Origin: Delftia acidovorans NBRC 14950
GTDB taxonomy: Bacteria; Pseudomonadota; Gammaproteobacteria; Burkholderiales; Burkholderiaceae_C
Assembly (NCBI RefSeq): GCF_001598795.1
Contig: NZ_BCZP01000005.1
Location: 60,001-92,000 of the forward strand
Reading direction: 5' to 3'
Length of the DNA stretch: 32,000 nt
How positions within the stretch are numbered: the stretch's first letter is position 1; each line of letters starts with the position of its first letter. The position numbers and the translations under genes are program-made. Shown here piece by piece: positions 17,351 to 24,660 of this stretch. The notes beneath the pieces are model-generated. The model was not told the origin of the DNA, searched no databases, and was given only the letters and a program-made list of their open reading frames with translations.

Positions 17351-17383
17351 ATCATCTTCTTCATTCACCTCTTCACACAGCGC

Positions 17384-18277
17384 ATGGAAATAGACAGCCT
17401 GGGCAGCATCGGCCTGTTTGTGCGCGTGGCCGAGCGGCTGGGCTTTTCTGCCGTGGCGCGCGAGCTGGGGCTGTCGCCCTCGGCCGTGGGCAAGGCCGTG
17501 GCGCGGCTGGAGGAGCGCCTGGGCGTGCGCCTGTTCAACCGCAGCACGCGCACACTGGCACTGACGGCCGAGGGCGAACGCTTTCTGGAGCGCTGCCGGC
17601 GCATCCTCTGCGAGGTCGAGGCCGCCCAGCAGGAACTGCGCCATGCGGGCGAGCGGCCCCAGGGCCGGCTCAAGGTCAGCCTGCCACGCCACTGCGGTTT
17701 GTTCGAGCAGGCGCTCTCGGACTTCCTGCTGGAGTACCCCGAGGTCGAACTGGACCTGAACTTCTCGGACCATCTGGTCGATGTGATCGGCGACGGCTTT
17801 GACGTGGCCATACGCGCCGCGCCGCTGCAGGACTCGGGCCTCAAGCACCGGCGGCTGGGCGGCTTCCGGCGCGTGCTGGTGGGCTCGCCCGCCTATTTCC
17901 AGCGCCATGGCAGGCCGGCGCAACCTGCCGACCTGGCCCGCCACCAATGCCTGCACTACCGCTATCCGGCCACCGGCCGGCTGGAGCGCTGGCCCTTGGG
18001 AAATGACGACGACACCGCCCCGCCCGCGCTGCCCTCCAGCGTGGTCTGCAACAGCGTGGAGATGCGCATCTTCCTGGCGCTGCGCGGCCAGGGCATTGCC
18101 TGCCTGCCGGATTTCACCGTGGCCCGCCAGCTGGAGCAGGGCCTGCTGCAGACCGTGCTCGACCCGTTCACCGCCAACGCCCAGGGCACGGTATGGATGG
18201 TCTGGCCCCCGGGCCGCGACCTCTCGCCCAAGGTCAGGGCCTTTCTCGAATTCATGGCGCACAGGCTGTTTGCCTGA
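17384..18277 (+). CDS. LysR-family transcriptional regulator
   Basis: The ATG at 17384 gives MEIDSLGSIGLFVRVAERLGFSAVARELGLSPSAVGKAVARLEERLGVRLFNRSTRTLALTAEGERF..., a canonical LysR HTH followed by a substrate-binding domain. Confidence 0.92.
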   Translation: MEIDSLGSIGLFVRVAERLGFSAVARELGLSPSAVGKAVARLEERLGVRLFNRSTRTLALTAEGERFLERCRRILCEVEAAQQELRHAGERPQGRLKVSLPRHCGLFEQALSDFLLEYPEVELDLNFSDHLVDVIGDGFDVAIRAAPLQDSGLKHRRLGGFRRVLVGSPAYFQRHGRPAQPADLARHQCLHYRYPATGRLERWPLGNDDDTAPPALPSSVVCNSVEMRIFLALRGQGIACLPDFTVARQLEQGLLQTVLDPFTANAQGTVWMVWPPGRDLSPKVRAFLEFMAHRLFA

Positions 18278-18296
18278 ACCGGGTCAGCGCATCCGC

Positions 18297-18797
18297 TCAG
18301 CCCCGCAGTTGCGAGACGGCCCAGGCCGCGATGAACAGGCCCAGGCCGAACACCGTGTGCGCCATCAGGCTGCGCAGCCGCGCCACGGTGGGCTTGGGTG
18401 TCTTGCGGGCAAACAGCCCCGCCCCCATGCACGGCTGCAGCGCCAGGAAGGGTACGGCCACGGTGAACACGCCCCAGGCCAGGGCCGGCCACAGCGTGGG
18501 CGCCCGGGCCCAGCCCTCACCCGCCAGGGCCAGCAGGGCTGCCGCAAAGGCCACGCCGATCGCATAGTGCGCCACCCAGCCCAGGGCCTTCTCACCCGCC
18601 ACCGGCGCGGACCGGCCGATACCGGCATGCACCAGCCGGCCGCGCGGCAGATGGCCCAGCCAGCGGCCCACCATGGCGTAGTCCAGCGAAGGCACGCCCC
18701 ACAGACGCTGCAGCAGCAGCGCCCACACATCCATCACCAAGGTCGCGCCTGCGCCCGTCAGCACGGCGCGCAGCAGGAATTCCGGCACATCCAGCAT
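18297..18797 (-). CDS. DUF2938-family membrane protein
   Basis: The sequence MLDVPEFLLRAVLTGAGATLVMDVWALLLQRLWGVPSLDYAMVGRWLGHLPRGR... has 4-5 TM segments. The pattern matches my memory of DUF2938. Confidence 0.65.
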   Translation of the reverse strand: MLDVPEFLLRAVLTGAGATLVMDVWALLLQRLWGVPSLDYAMVGRWLGHLPRGRLVHAGIGRSAPVAGEKALGWVAHYAIGVAFAAALLALAGEGWARAPTLWPALAWGVFTVAVPFLALQPCMGAGLFARKTPKPTVARLRSLMAHTVFGLGLFIAAWAVSQLRG

Positions 18798-18863
18798 GTC
18801 TCTTCACTCTCTTGCAGGTTTGCAGCGGCCTCCTTGGATGCCACCGCATGCACAATGAACAAT

Positions 18864-18887
18864 ACATTCAATTAATTGATTGAATGT
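18864..18887. promoter_or_regulatory. ArsR-type operator candidate: ACATTCAAT-N6-ATTGAATGT
   Basis: The 9-bp arms are perfect. The site is AT-rich and centred in the DUF2938/ArsR divergent intergenic region, 25 nt upstream of the ArsR ATG. Confidence 0.55.
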
Positions 18888-18911
18888 TTGTGCGATGCTA
18901 GGCTATCCCCC

Positions 18912-19583
18912 ATGAATCCGTCAAGCAGCCCTGTACCGATCGAGGCCTTCCCCGACCTGGCCGACCTGGCGCGCACCCTGGGCCATGCCCACCGCCTCGC
19001 CTTGCTGAGCCATGCGGCCGAAGGCGAGCAGCCCGTGGAGCGCCTGGCCGAGCTGTGCGGGCTGTCCGTGGCCAACACCTCCCAGCACCTGCAGCACCTC
19101 AAGCGCGCGGGCATGGTGCTCACACGGCGCGAGGGCAAGCATGTGCTGTACCGGCTGGGCGACGGGCCCATCACCGGCATCATCGATGCGCTGCACAACT
19201 ATCTGCAATTCCGCCACGCCGAGATCCGCGCCGTGGTCTCCGACAGCCTGCGCCAGCGTGACCGCCTGCAAGCCGTTGCGCTGGACGAGCTGCTGCAGCG
19301 CATGCAGATGGACGACACCATCGTGCTGGACGTGCGTCCTCCAGCGGAATTCGCCCAGGGCCACCTGCCCGGGGCCGTCAACATTCCCCTGGAAGCGCTG
19401 GAAGGCGAGCTGGACGCGCTGCCGCCCGACAAGGACATCGTGGCCTATTGCGGGGGCCAGTACTGCGTGCTCTCGGCCAATGCCGTCACGGCGCTGCGCG
19501 CCAGCGGCCGGGAGGCGCGGCGCTTCGAGGCAGGCTTCACCGGCTGGCAACAGGCCGGCCTGCGCGTGGAGGCCGGCGCCTAG
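18912..19583 (+). CDS. ArsR/SmtB-family regulator fused to a C-terminal rhodanese domain
   Basis: The ATG is at 18912. The ArsR wHTH reads ...LGHAHRLALLSHAAEGEQPVERLAELCGLSVANTSQHLQHLKRAGMVLTRREGKHVLYRL. The rhodanese part reads ...IVLDVRPPAEFAQGHLPGAVNIPL...IVAYCGGQYCVLS... with an active-site-loop Cys. Confidence 0.85.
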   Translation: MNPSSSPVPIEAFPDLADLARTLGHAHRLALLSHAAEGEQPVERLAELCGLSVANTSQHLQHLKRAGMVLTRREGKHVLYRLGDGPITGIIDALHNYLQFRHAEIRAVVSDSLRQRDRLQAVALDELLQRMQMDDTIVLDVRPPAEFAQGHLPGAVNIPLEALEGELDALPPDKDIVAYCGGQYCVLSANAVTALRASGREARRFEAGFTGWQQAGLRVEAGA

Positions 19584-20152
19584 CGCAGCAGCCGCGCCAG
19601 CCCTTGCTCGAACCGGCCATGCAAGGCCTGCGCGCCCTCGCCCGACAGGGCCAGCGCCAGCGCATGGCCATGGGTGTAATCGATCAGCAAGTCCAGCAGC
19701 ACGGCGGCATCGCCATCGCTGGACTCGCACTGCTGCACCTCGCCGCGCAGCCGCTGCGTGAAGGCGGCCAGCGACTCGGTGAACAGGGCCGGGTCGCCCA
19801 GAATGCACACCGTCAGCGCCGGATGGCGGCGCACGCGCTCCATGTAGCCCGCCAGCAGCGCCTGCACACGCTGCGCCGGCGCAAGTCCGGGCTGCGGTTC
19901 GGCCAGCGGCTGGCCATGCACGCGCTCCACCAGGCTGCGCATCAATTCCTGCTGGTCGCCCACATGGTGGATCACCGACATGGGCGTAATGCCCAGCTGC
20001 CGCGCCAGCGGCCGCAGGCCAAAGCCCTGCGCGCCCACGGCCTCCAGCAAGGCCAGCCCGGCATCCAGCACCTGATCACGGCTGAGCGAACGCCCTGCCG
20101 AGGGGCGCCCGCGCCGTGCAGCCTGTGCAGACGGTACAGCCTGCTCACTCAT
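19580..20152 (-). CDS. TetR/AcrR-family transcriptional regulator
   Basis: The sequence ...SRDQVLDAGLALLEAVGAQGFGLRPLARQLGITPMSVIHHVGDQQELM... is a TetR HTH. The start overlaps the upstream reductase stop by 8 nt. Confidence 0.85.
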   Translation of the reverse strand: MSEQAVPSAQAARRGRPSAGRSLSRDQVLDAGLALLEAVGAQGFGLRPLARQLGITPMSVIHHVGDQQELMRSLVERVHGQPLAEPQPGLAPAQRVQALLAGYMERVRRHPALTVCILGDPALFTESLAAFTQRLRGEVQQCESSDGDAAVLLDLLIDYTHGHALALALSGEGAQALHGRFEQGLARLLR

Positions 20153-20768
20153 CGCCGCCCCCGTTGCGCACCATGACCCGGCCGCCCGCCTCCACCCGGT
20201 AGCGCGTGCTGACCATGCCGCTGGGATAGGCCTGGGAGGCCAGGCACGTCAACCGCAGATCGCAGCCAATATCGCCAAACAGCGGCCGCCCCGCGCCGAT
20301 CAGCACGGGCACGCGGGTGATCGTCATCTCGCCAATCTCGCCGGCCGCCAGAAACGCGCGGATCACGGCGCCGCCGTCGATATAGGCGCTGCTCCAGCCC
20401 TCGGCCCGCAGCTCGGCCACCAGTTGGGCAGGCTGGGCTGACGTGATGCGCAACTTGCCGCGCAGGTGGGCAGGCACATCGCTCGCGCCCAGCGTGCGGC
20501 TCATCACCACCACGGGTTTCTCAAACGGCCAGCCGTCGAAGCCCAGCACGCTTTCATAGGTGGAGCGGCCCATGACGATGCCATCCACCGTCTTCATGAA
20601 GGCCGCGTAGCCATAGTCCTCGCCACCATCGCCCCCGGCCGGCAGCCAGTCCAGCGAACCATCGGGCCGGGCAATAAAACCATCCACCGAAGTGGCGATG
20701 AAGACCTTGCCGAATGCATTGCCGAACGCATTGCCGTGTGCTTTTGCGGGTGTCCTGTCGGGTGCCAT
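20145..20768 (-). CDS. RibD_C / dihydrofolate-reductase-like family protein
   Basis: The ATG at 20768 has a GGAGAG SD 6 nt upstream. The sequence ...VFIATSVDGFIARPDGSLDWL...FMKTVDGIVMGRSTYESVL...KPVVVMSRTL...AYIDGGAVIRAFLAAGEIGEMTITRVPVLIG is typical of the family. Confidence 0.8.
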   Translation of the reverse strand: MAPDRTPAKAHGNAFGNAFGKVFIATSVDGFIARPDGSLDWLPAGGDGGEDYGYAAFMKTVDGIVMGRSTYESVLGFDGWPFEKPVVVMSRTLGASDVPAHLRGKLRITSAQPAQLVAELRAEGWSSAYIDGGAVIRAFLAAGEIGEMTITRVPVLIGAGRPLFGDIGCDLRLTCLASQAYPSGMVSTRYRVEAGGRVMVRNGGGDE

Positions 20769-20843
20769 GGCAGTCTCTCCATCCAATTAAACATACATCG
20801 TATGATAATTAATCTGCGGCACCCTGGCTACCGATGGCCGTGC

Positions 20844-21479
20844 TCAGGCATAGGCCAGGATGTCGGCCAGCGGCCTGCGCGCCTTCTGGGGGCGTGGCGT
20901 GCCTGCCGCGTGGCCCACGGCGACCAGCATCACGGGCAGTTCGTGGGCCTGCAGGCCAAAGCCCGCTGCCAGCAGTTCCGCATCGAATCCCACCATGGGG
21001 CAGCTGGCCAGCGCCAGGCCCTGGGCGGACAGCATCAGCGTCATGGCCGCCAGCGAGGCCGAGCGCACAGCCTCATCGCGCTGCAGCTGCAGGTTGTCCG
21101 CGTGCGCGGCCTGGGCCTGGGCTACCCAGCCATCGGCCGTGCGCTGGCTCATCAGCCCGCCGTCCACGCTGGGCTGCAAGAACTCCGCCAGCCGCGCATG
21201 CGCGGCCAGCGTGCCGCAGACGATGAAGACGGCAGAGGCGTCCTCCACCTTCTGCTGCCCATAGGCGGCGGCCTTCAGGCGCGCCTTGGCCTCGGGTGTG
21301 CGCACGGCAATGAAGCGCCAGTTCTGCAGGTTGTAGGCCGACGGGGACAGCGAGGCCTGGGCCACAAGCGCGGCCAGCGTCTCATCGGCCAACGGGCAGC
21401 CCGGCTCGAAACGGTCTGCGGAAATGCGCGAAGCGATGGCCTGCCCGATGGGCATGGAGGAAAGTGCGGAAGAAGTCAT
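20844..21479 (-). CDS. Nitroreductase-family protein
   Basis: The sequence ...IASRISADRFEPGCPLADETLAALVAQASLSPSAYNLQNWRFIAV...QQKVEDASAVFIVCG...RSASLAAMTLMLSAQGLALASCPMVGFD... shows the nitroreductase fold signature. Confidence 0.85.
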   Translation of the reverse strand: MTSSALSSMPIGQAIASRISADRFEPGCPLADETLAALVAQASLSPSAYNLQNWRFIAVRTPEAKARLKAAAYGQQKVEDASAVFIVCGTLAAHARLAEFLQPSVDGGLMSQRTADGWVAQAQAAHADNLQLQRDEAVRSASLAAMTLMLSAQGLALASCPMVGFDAELLAAGFGLQAHELPVMLVAVGHAAGTPRPQKARRPLADILAYA

Positions 21480-21524
21480 GTGAAACGCTCGGTGGGAAAA
21501 AGAGAAAGAACTCAGTGCAAAAAC

Positions 21525-22424
21525 TCAGGCGCCGCGCGAAGCAGACCACTGCACCGCCAGCACGCTGGCCAGCACCACCAGCAGTCCCAGGAAGGACAGG
21601 CCCGTCATGGACTGCGACAGCAGCGCCCAGCCCAGGACCACGGCGGTGAGCGGGCTCAGCAGGCCCAGCGAAGACACGGCCACCGAAGGCAGTCGCCCGA
21701 TGCCGCGAAACCACAGCACATAGGCCAGCAGCGCGCCGGCAAGACACAGGTAGGCATAGGCGCCCAGCTGGGTGGGCGACAGCGCGGGCAGCGGCGCATC
21801 CACCCACCAGGCCAGCGGCAGCAGCATCAGCCCGCCAAACAGCAGTTGCCAGCCCGTCAGCGCCAGCACCGGCAAGTCCACGCGCCAGCGCCGCGTGAGC
21901 CAGGTGCCGGCCGCCATGCACACCGCACCCGCCAATGCCGCCGCCATGCCCACAGGCTCGAACACCGTCTGCGGCGACAGCAGCAACACCGCCATGCCCG
22001 CAATGCCCGCCACGGCGGCCCACAACGTCAGCCGCGCGGGGACCCGCCCGTCCACGCCCCAGGCCAGCGCCATCACCAGCAGGGGCTGCACGGCACCCAG
22101 CACGGCCGCCAGCCCGCCCGGCAGCCGGTAGGCCGCCACAAACAACAGCGCCTGGAACACGCCGATGTTCAGCCCGCCCAGCACCAGCAGCCGCCACCAG
22201 CCCGAGCCCACGGGCAGCCGCCGCGTGAACAGCACCAGCAGCAGCCCGGCCGGCAGCACGCGGATCAGCGCAGCCGTGAACGGACGGTCTGGCGGCAGCA
22301 GTTCGGAAGTGACGATGTAGGTGGAGCCCCAGATGGCGGGCGCCAGCGCGGTCAGCAGGATGTCGCGCCAGGACAGGGCGGGGCTGGCCGAGGGTGAGGC
22401 GGAGGAGGATGGCGAGTAGGACAT
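21525..22424 (-). CDS. EamA/DMT-family transporter
   Basis: The ATG is at 22424. There are ten predicted TM segments. The sequence reads ...LLTALAPAIWGSTYIVTSELLPPDRPFTAALIRVLPAGLLL..., with a duplicated EamA architecture. Confidence 0.85.
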   Translation of the reverse strand: MSYSPSSSASPSASPALSWRDILLTALAPAIWGSTYIVTSELLPPDRPFTAALIRVLPAGLLLVLFTRRLPVGSGWWRLLVLGGLNIGVFQALLFVAAYRLPGGLAAVLGAVQPLLVMALAWGVDGRVPARLTLWAAVAGIAGMAVLLLSPQTVFEPVGMAAALAGAVCMAAGTWLTRRWRVDLPVLALTGWQLLFGGLMLLPLAWWVDAPLPALSPTQLGAYAYLCLAGALLAYVLWFRGIGRLPSVAVSSLGLLSPLTAVVLGWALLSQSMTGLSFLGLLVVLASVLAVQWSASRGA

Positions 22425-22429
22425 GGCAT

Positions 22430-22487
22430 TTATCTTCAATTCAAGACAAATCCATTATGCACGACTTATCTTAAAATCAAGACAAAT
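22430..22487. promoter_or_regulatory. Two 22-bp direct repeats (20/22 identical) filling the EamA/MarR divergent intergenic region; candidate MarR operators
   Basis: R1 is ttatcttcaattcaagacaaat (22430-22451) and R2 is ttatcttaaaatcaagacaaat (22466-22487). Each contains a TCTT-N6-AAGA pseudo-palindrome. R2 ends on the marR ATG, and R1 starts 6 nt from the EamA ATG. Confidence 0.55.
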
Positions 22488-23028
22488 GCCGAAACCCACC
22501 CTCCCCCGCCTGCCCGACCGGGTAGACACCATCCTCGAACAATGGGCGCGCGAACGCCCCGACCTGGACGCCAGCCCCATGGGCCCCATCGGCCGTATCA
22601 AGCGCTGCGCCGCCCTGCTGGAGCAACGGCTGGAAGAGTGCTTTGCGCGCTTCGGCATGACCATGTGGGAATTCGACGTGCTGGCCACGCTGCGCCGCTC
22701 GGGCGCGCCCTTCTGCCTCACGCCCACGGCCCTGTTTTCCACGCTCATGGTCACCTCGGGCACCATGACCCACCGCATGAAAAGCCTGGAGACGCGCGGC
22801 CTGGTGCAGCGCCTGCCCAACCCGCAGGACGCGCGCAGCATGCTGGTGCAGCTCACCGACCAGGGGCTGGAGCTGATAGACCGCGCGGTGGAAGCGCACC
22901 TGGACAACGAGCGCGCCATGCTGGCGCCCATGCCCGTTGCCGAACTGGCCGCGCTGGACCAGCGGCTGTCCCAGCTGCTGCGCGTGCTGGAGGGCGGGCC
23001 TGACGAGGGCACTCGCCCTGCCCCCTGA
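22486..23028 (+). CDS. MarR-family transcriptional regulator
   Basis: The ATG is at 22486. The sequence ...MWEFDVLATLRRSGAPFCLTPTALFSTLMVTSGTMTHRMKSLETRGLVQRLPNPQDARSMLVQLTDQGLELIDRA... is a MarR wHTH. Confidence 0.88.
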   Translation: MPKPTLPRLPDRVDTILEQWARERPDLDASPMGPIGRIKRCAALLEQRLEECFARFGMTMWEFDVLATLRRSGAPFCLTPTALFSTLMVTSGTMTHRMKSLETRGLVQRLPNPQDARSMLVQLTDQGLELIDRAVEAHLDNERAMLAPMPVAELAALDQRLSQLLRVLEGGPDEGTRPAP

Positions 23029-23719
23029 ACTGGCGTATATCCAGGTCATTGGGACTGGCGACGGTCGTGGTGCTCACGCCCTTCGTCATGACCCGGGAAC
23101 GCTTTTGGCAAAAGAGGTGCTTCCCTTGAAGCACGTCGCAGGCACCCAGCCGCTTCTCGATACGCCATGGCAGGAATTGCTTACGCGCATGTCTCAAGAC
23201 CTGCGCAACAGCCCGCATCCTGGACTCGGATGGGCAATGCCAGAAAATCCTGATCACGCAAGCGCGACCCACAGAAGACCATTGGCTTCCCCACAATCTG
23301 CTGCAAAAACCTTGGTGTCGAATTTTTGTAGCCAGATGTAATGATTTCACCAAAGATTTCCACTAAGATGTCCATTCCAACGGTGAAATGGCGATAACAG
23401 ATTCTCAAACGACTTTGATACTCCCTCAACGCACCACACCATCTTGATAATGGTTTACTAATCTCCCGCCTTGGATACAAAAGGCTGCCACAGGCTGAAT
23501 GCGCGCGATTTTCCATCGTCCAATGTTCAGGCTTTTTCCGGCTGATCCTTTACCGCACAATTTTCACACGAATGGCATGACGTCAGTTTACTCAGGCGGT
23601 AAACAGGCGGTTTAGCGAGTTATTCAATCTTTCAAACGGCACTGTGCAAAGCAGTCTCGCCGAGGCTTCGGCGTGGAATGGCCCTATGGCATCGGCACAT
23701 AACAAATGGGAGACATACC

Positions 23720-24211
23720 ATGGATAGATCGGAAATAGCTTTGGCAAATAGCGAATGCCATCTCGATGCTGCGCATCCAATAGCAGATGAAGTCATCGCG
23801 TCTGCGCTCACCGCGCGCGAAATCGATGTACTCGAAGCGATGGCCAAAGGCCTCGGCTGCAGGGACATTGCGCACACGCTGGGCATCAGCGAACACACGG
23901 TACGCAAGCACCGCAGCAATATGTGTACGCGGTTGGGCCTGCGCAATGCCGTAGAACTCGTCACGCATGCCAGGCGGCAAGGCTGGTTGAGCGCTGCCCG
24001 CTCACCGCTCCCTCTGTCTCCCCGCGAGCAGGAGGTGATGGTGCACGTGCTGGCGGGCCAGACCAGCAAGGAGATCGCACGTTCGCTTTACCTCAGCGAC
24101 TTGACCGTGCGCAAGCATCGCGAAAACATTCTGCGCAAACTGGGCCTGACAAGCACCGCCCAATTGCAGACATTCGCGCCAACGGCAACTCGCAATGGCG
24201 GCAGCATCTGA
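23720..24211 (+). CDS. Transcriptional regulator consisting of two tandem LuxR/GerE-type HTH domains (no sensor domain)
   Basis: The ATG at 23720 has a GGGAGA SD 6 nt upstream. Domain 1 is LTAREIDVLEAMAKGLGCRDIAHTLGISEHTVRKHRSNMCTRLGLRNAVELV. Domain 2 is LSPREQEVMVHVLAGQTSKEIARSLYLSDLTVRKHRENILRKLGLTSTAQLQ. Confidence 0.8.
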   Translation: MDRSEIALANSECHLDAAHPIADEVIASALTAREIDVLEAMAKGLGCRDIAHTLGISEHTVRKHRSNMCTRLGLRNAVELVTHARRQGWLSAARSPLPLSPREQEVMVHVLAGQTSKEIARSLYLSDLTVRKHRENILRKLGLTSTAQLQTFAPTATRNGGSI

Positions 24212-24660
24212 TATCCAGGCCAGCATGCATCGCCTGTCCGTGCTCACCGAATACGACATTGGAAGTATTCCATCCTCCTGATGCAATTGGGCATGATGAG
24301 TCCAACGAATATTTATGACGGCTTCAGCAGGCGCCAGTGCATTCCAGGTTTGCGCGGTTGATATGGAATATCCGCGCGAGCCTTGAAAGGCTGCAAAGGC
24401 TCATATCCCTTCACCTCTTCGTCTCTACGGTTAGCGTCCGTCGAGGCATCTTCCCGGCGCCCACGTGTCGGATTCCTGCACGCAACTCAAAGGAGTATCC
24501 CGCCATGAACCACTCTTCGCGGTCACCCCCTGCGATTTCTCCCAAGTACCCCATGCCTTAGGCCCAATACCGGGCAATCATTCTCATTGGCAAAGAAAAG
24601 CGTTCATGACTTCAAACCTCATGTCGCTCCCCATCCATTCAATTTCAGGAATTGCAAGCC

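Noticed and set aside
20466-22397. A 643-aa plus-strand ORF spanning three annotated minus-strand genes.
   Set aside because: It runs antisense across the reductase, nitroreductase and EamA genes and the intergenic gaps between them. Its composition is extremely R/Q/H/G-rich with no motifs. It is a shadow ORF.
22853-23516. Minus-strand ORFs 23181..23516 and 22853..23353 as possible IS/DDE-transposase or group II intron maturase remnants (strings such as ...GYKNSTPRFLQQIVG... and ...PWRIEKRLG...).
   Set aside because: The resemblance is only a few residues, and the Y-x2-R-x3-E-x6-K spacing of IS4/IS5 transposases is not met. One ORF also overlaps marR antisense. I keep only the general statement that the region is decayed non-coding DNA.
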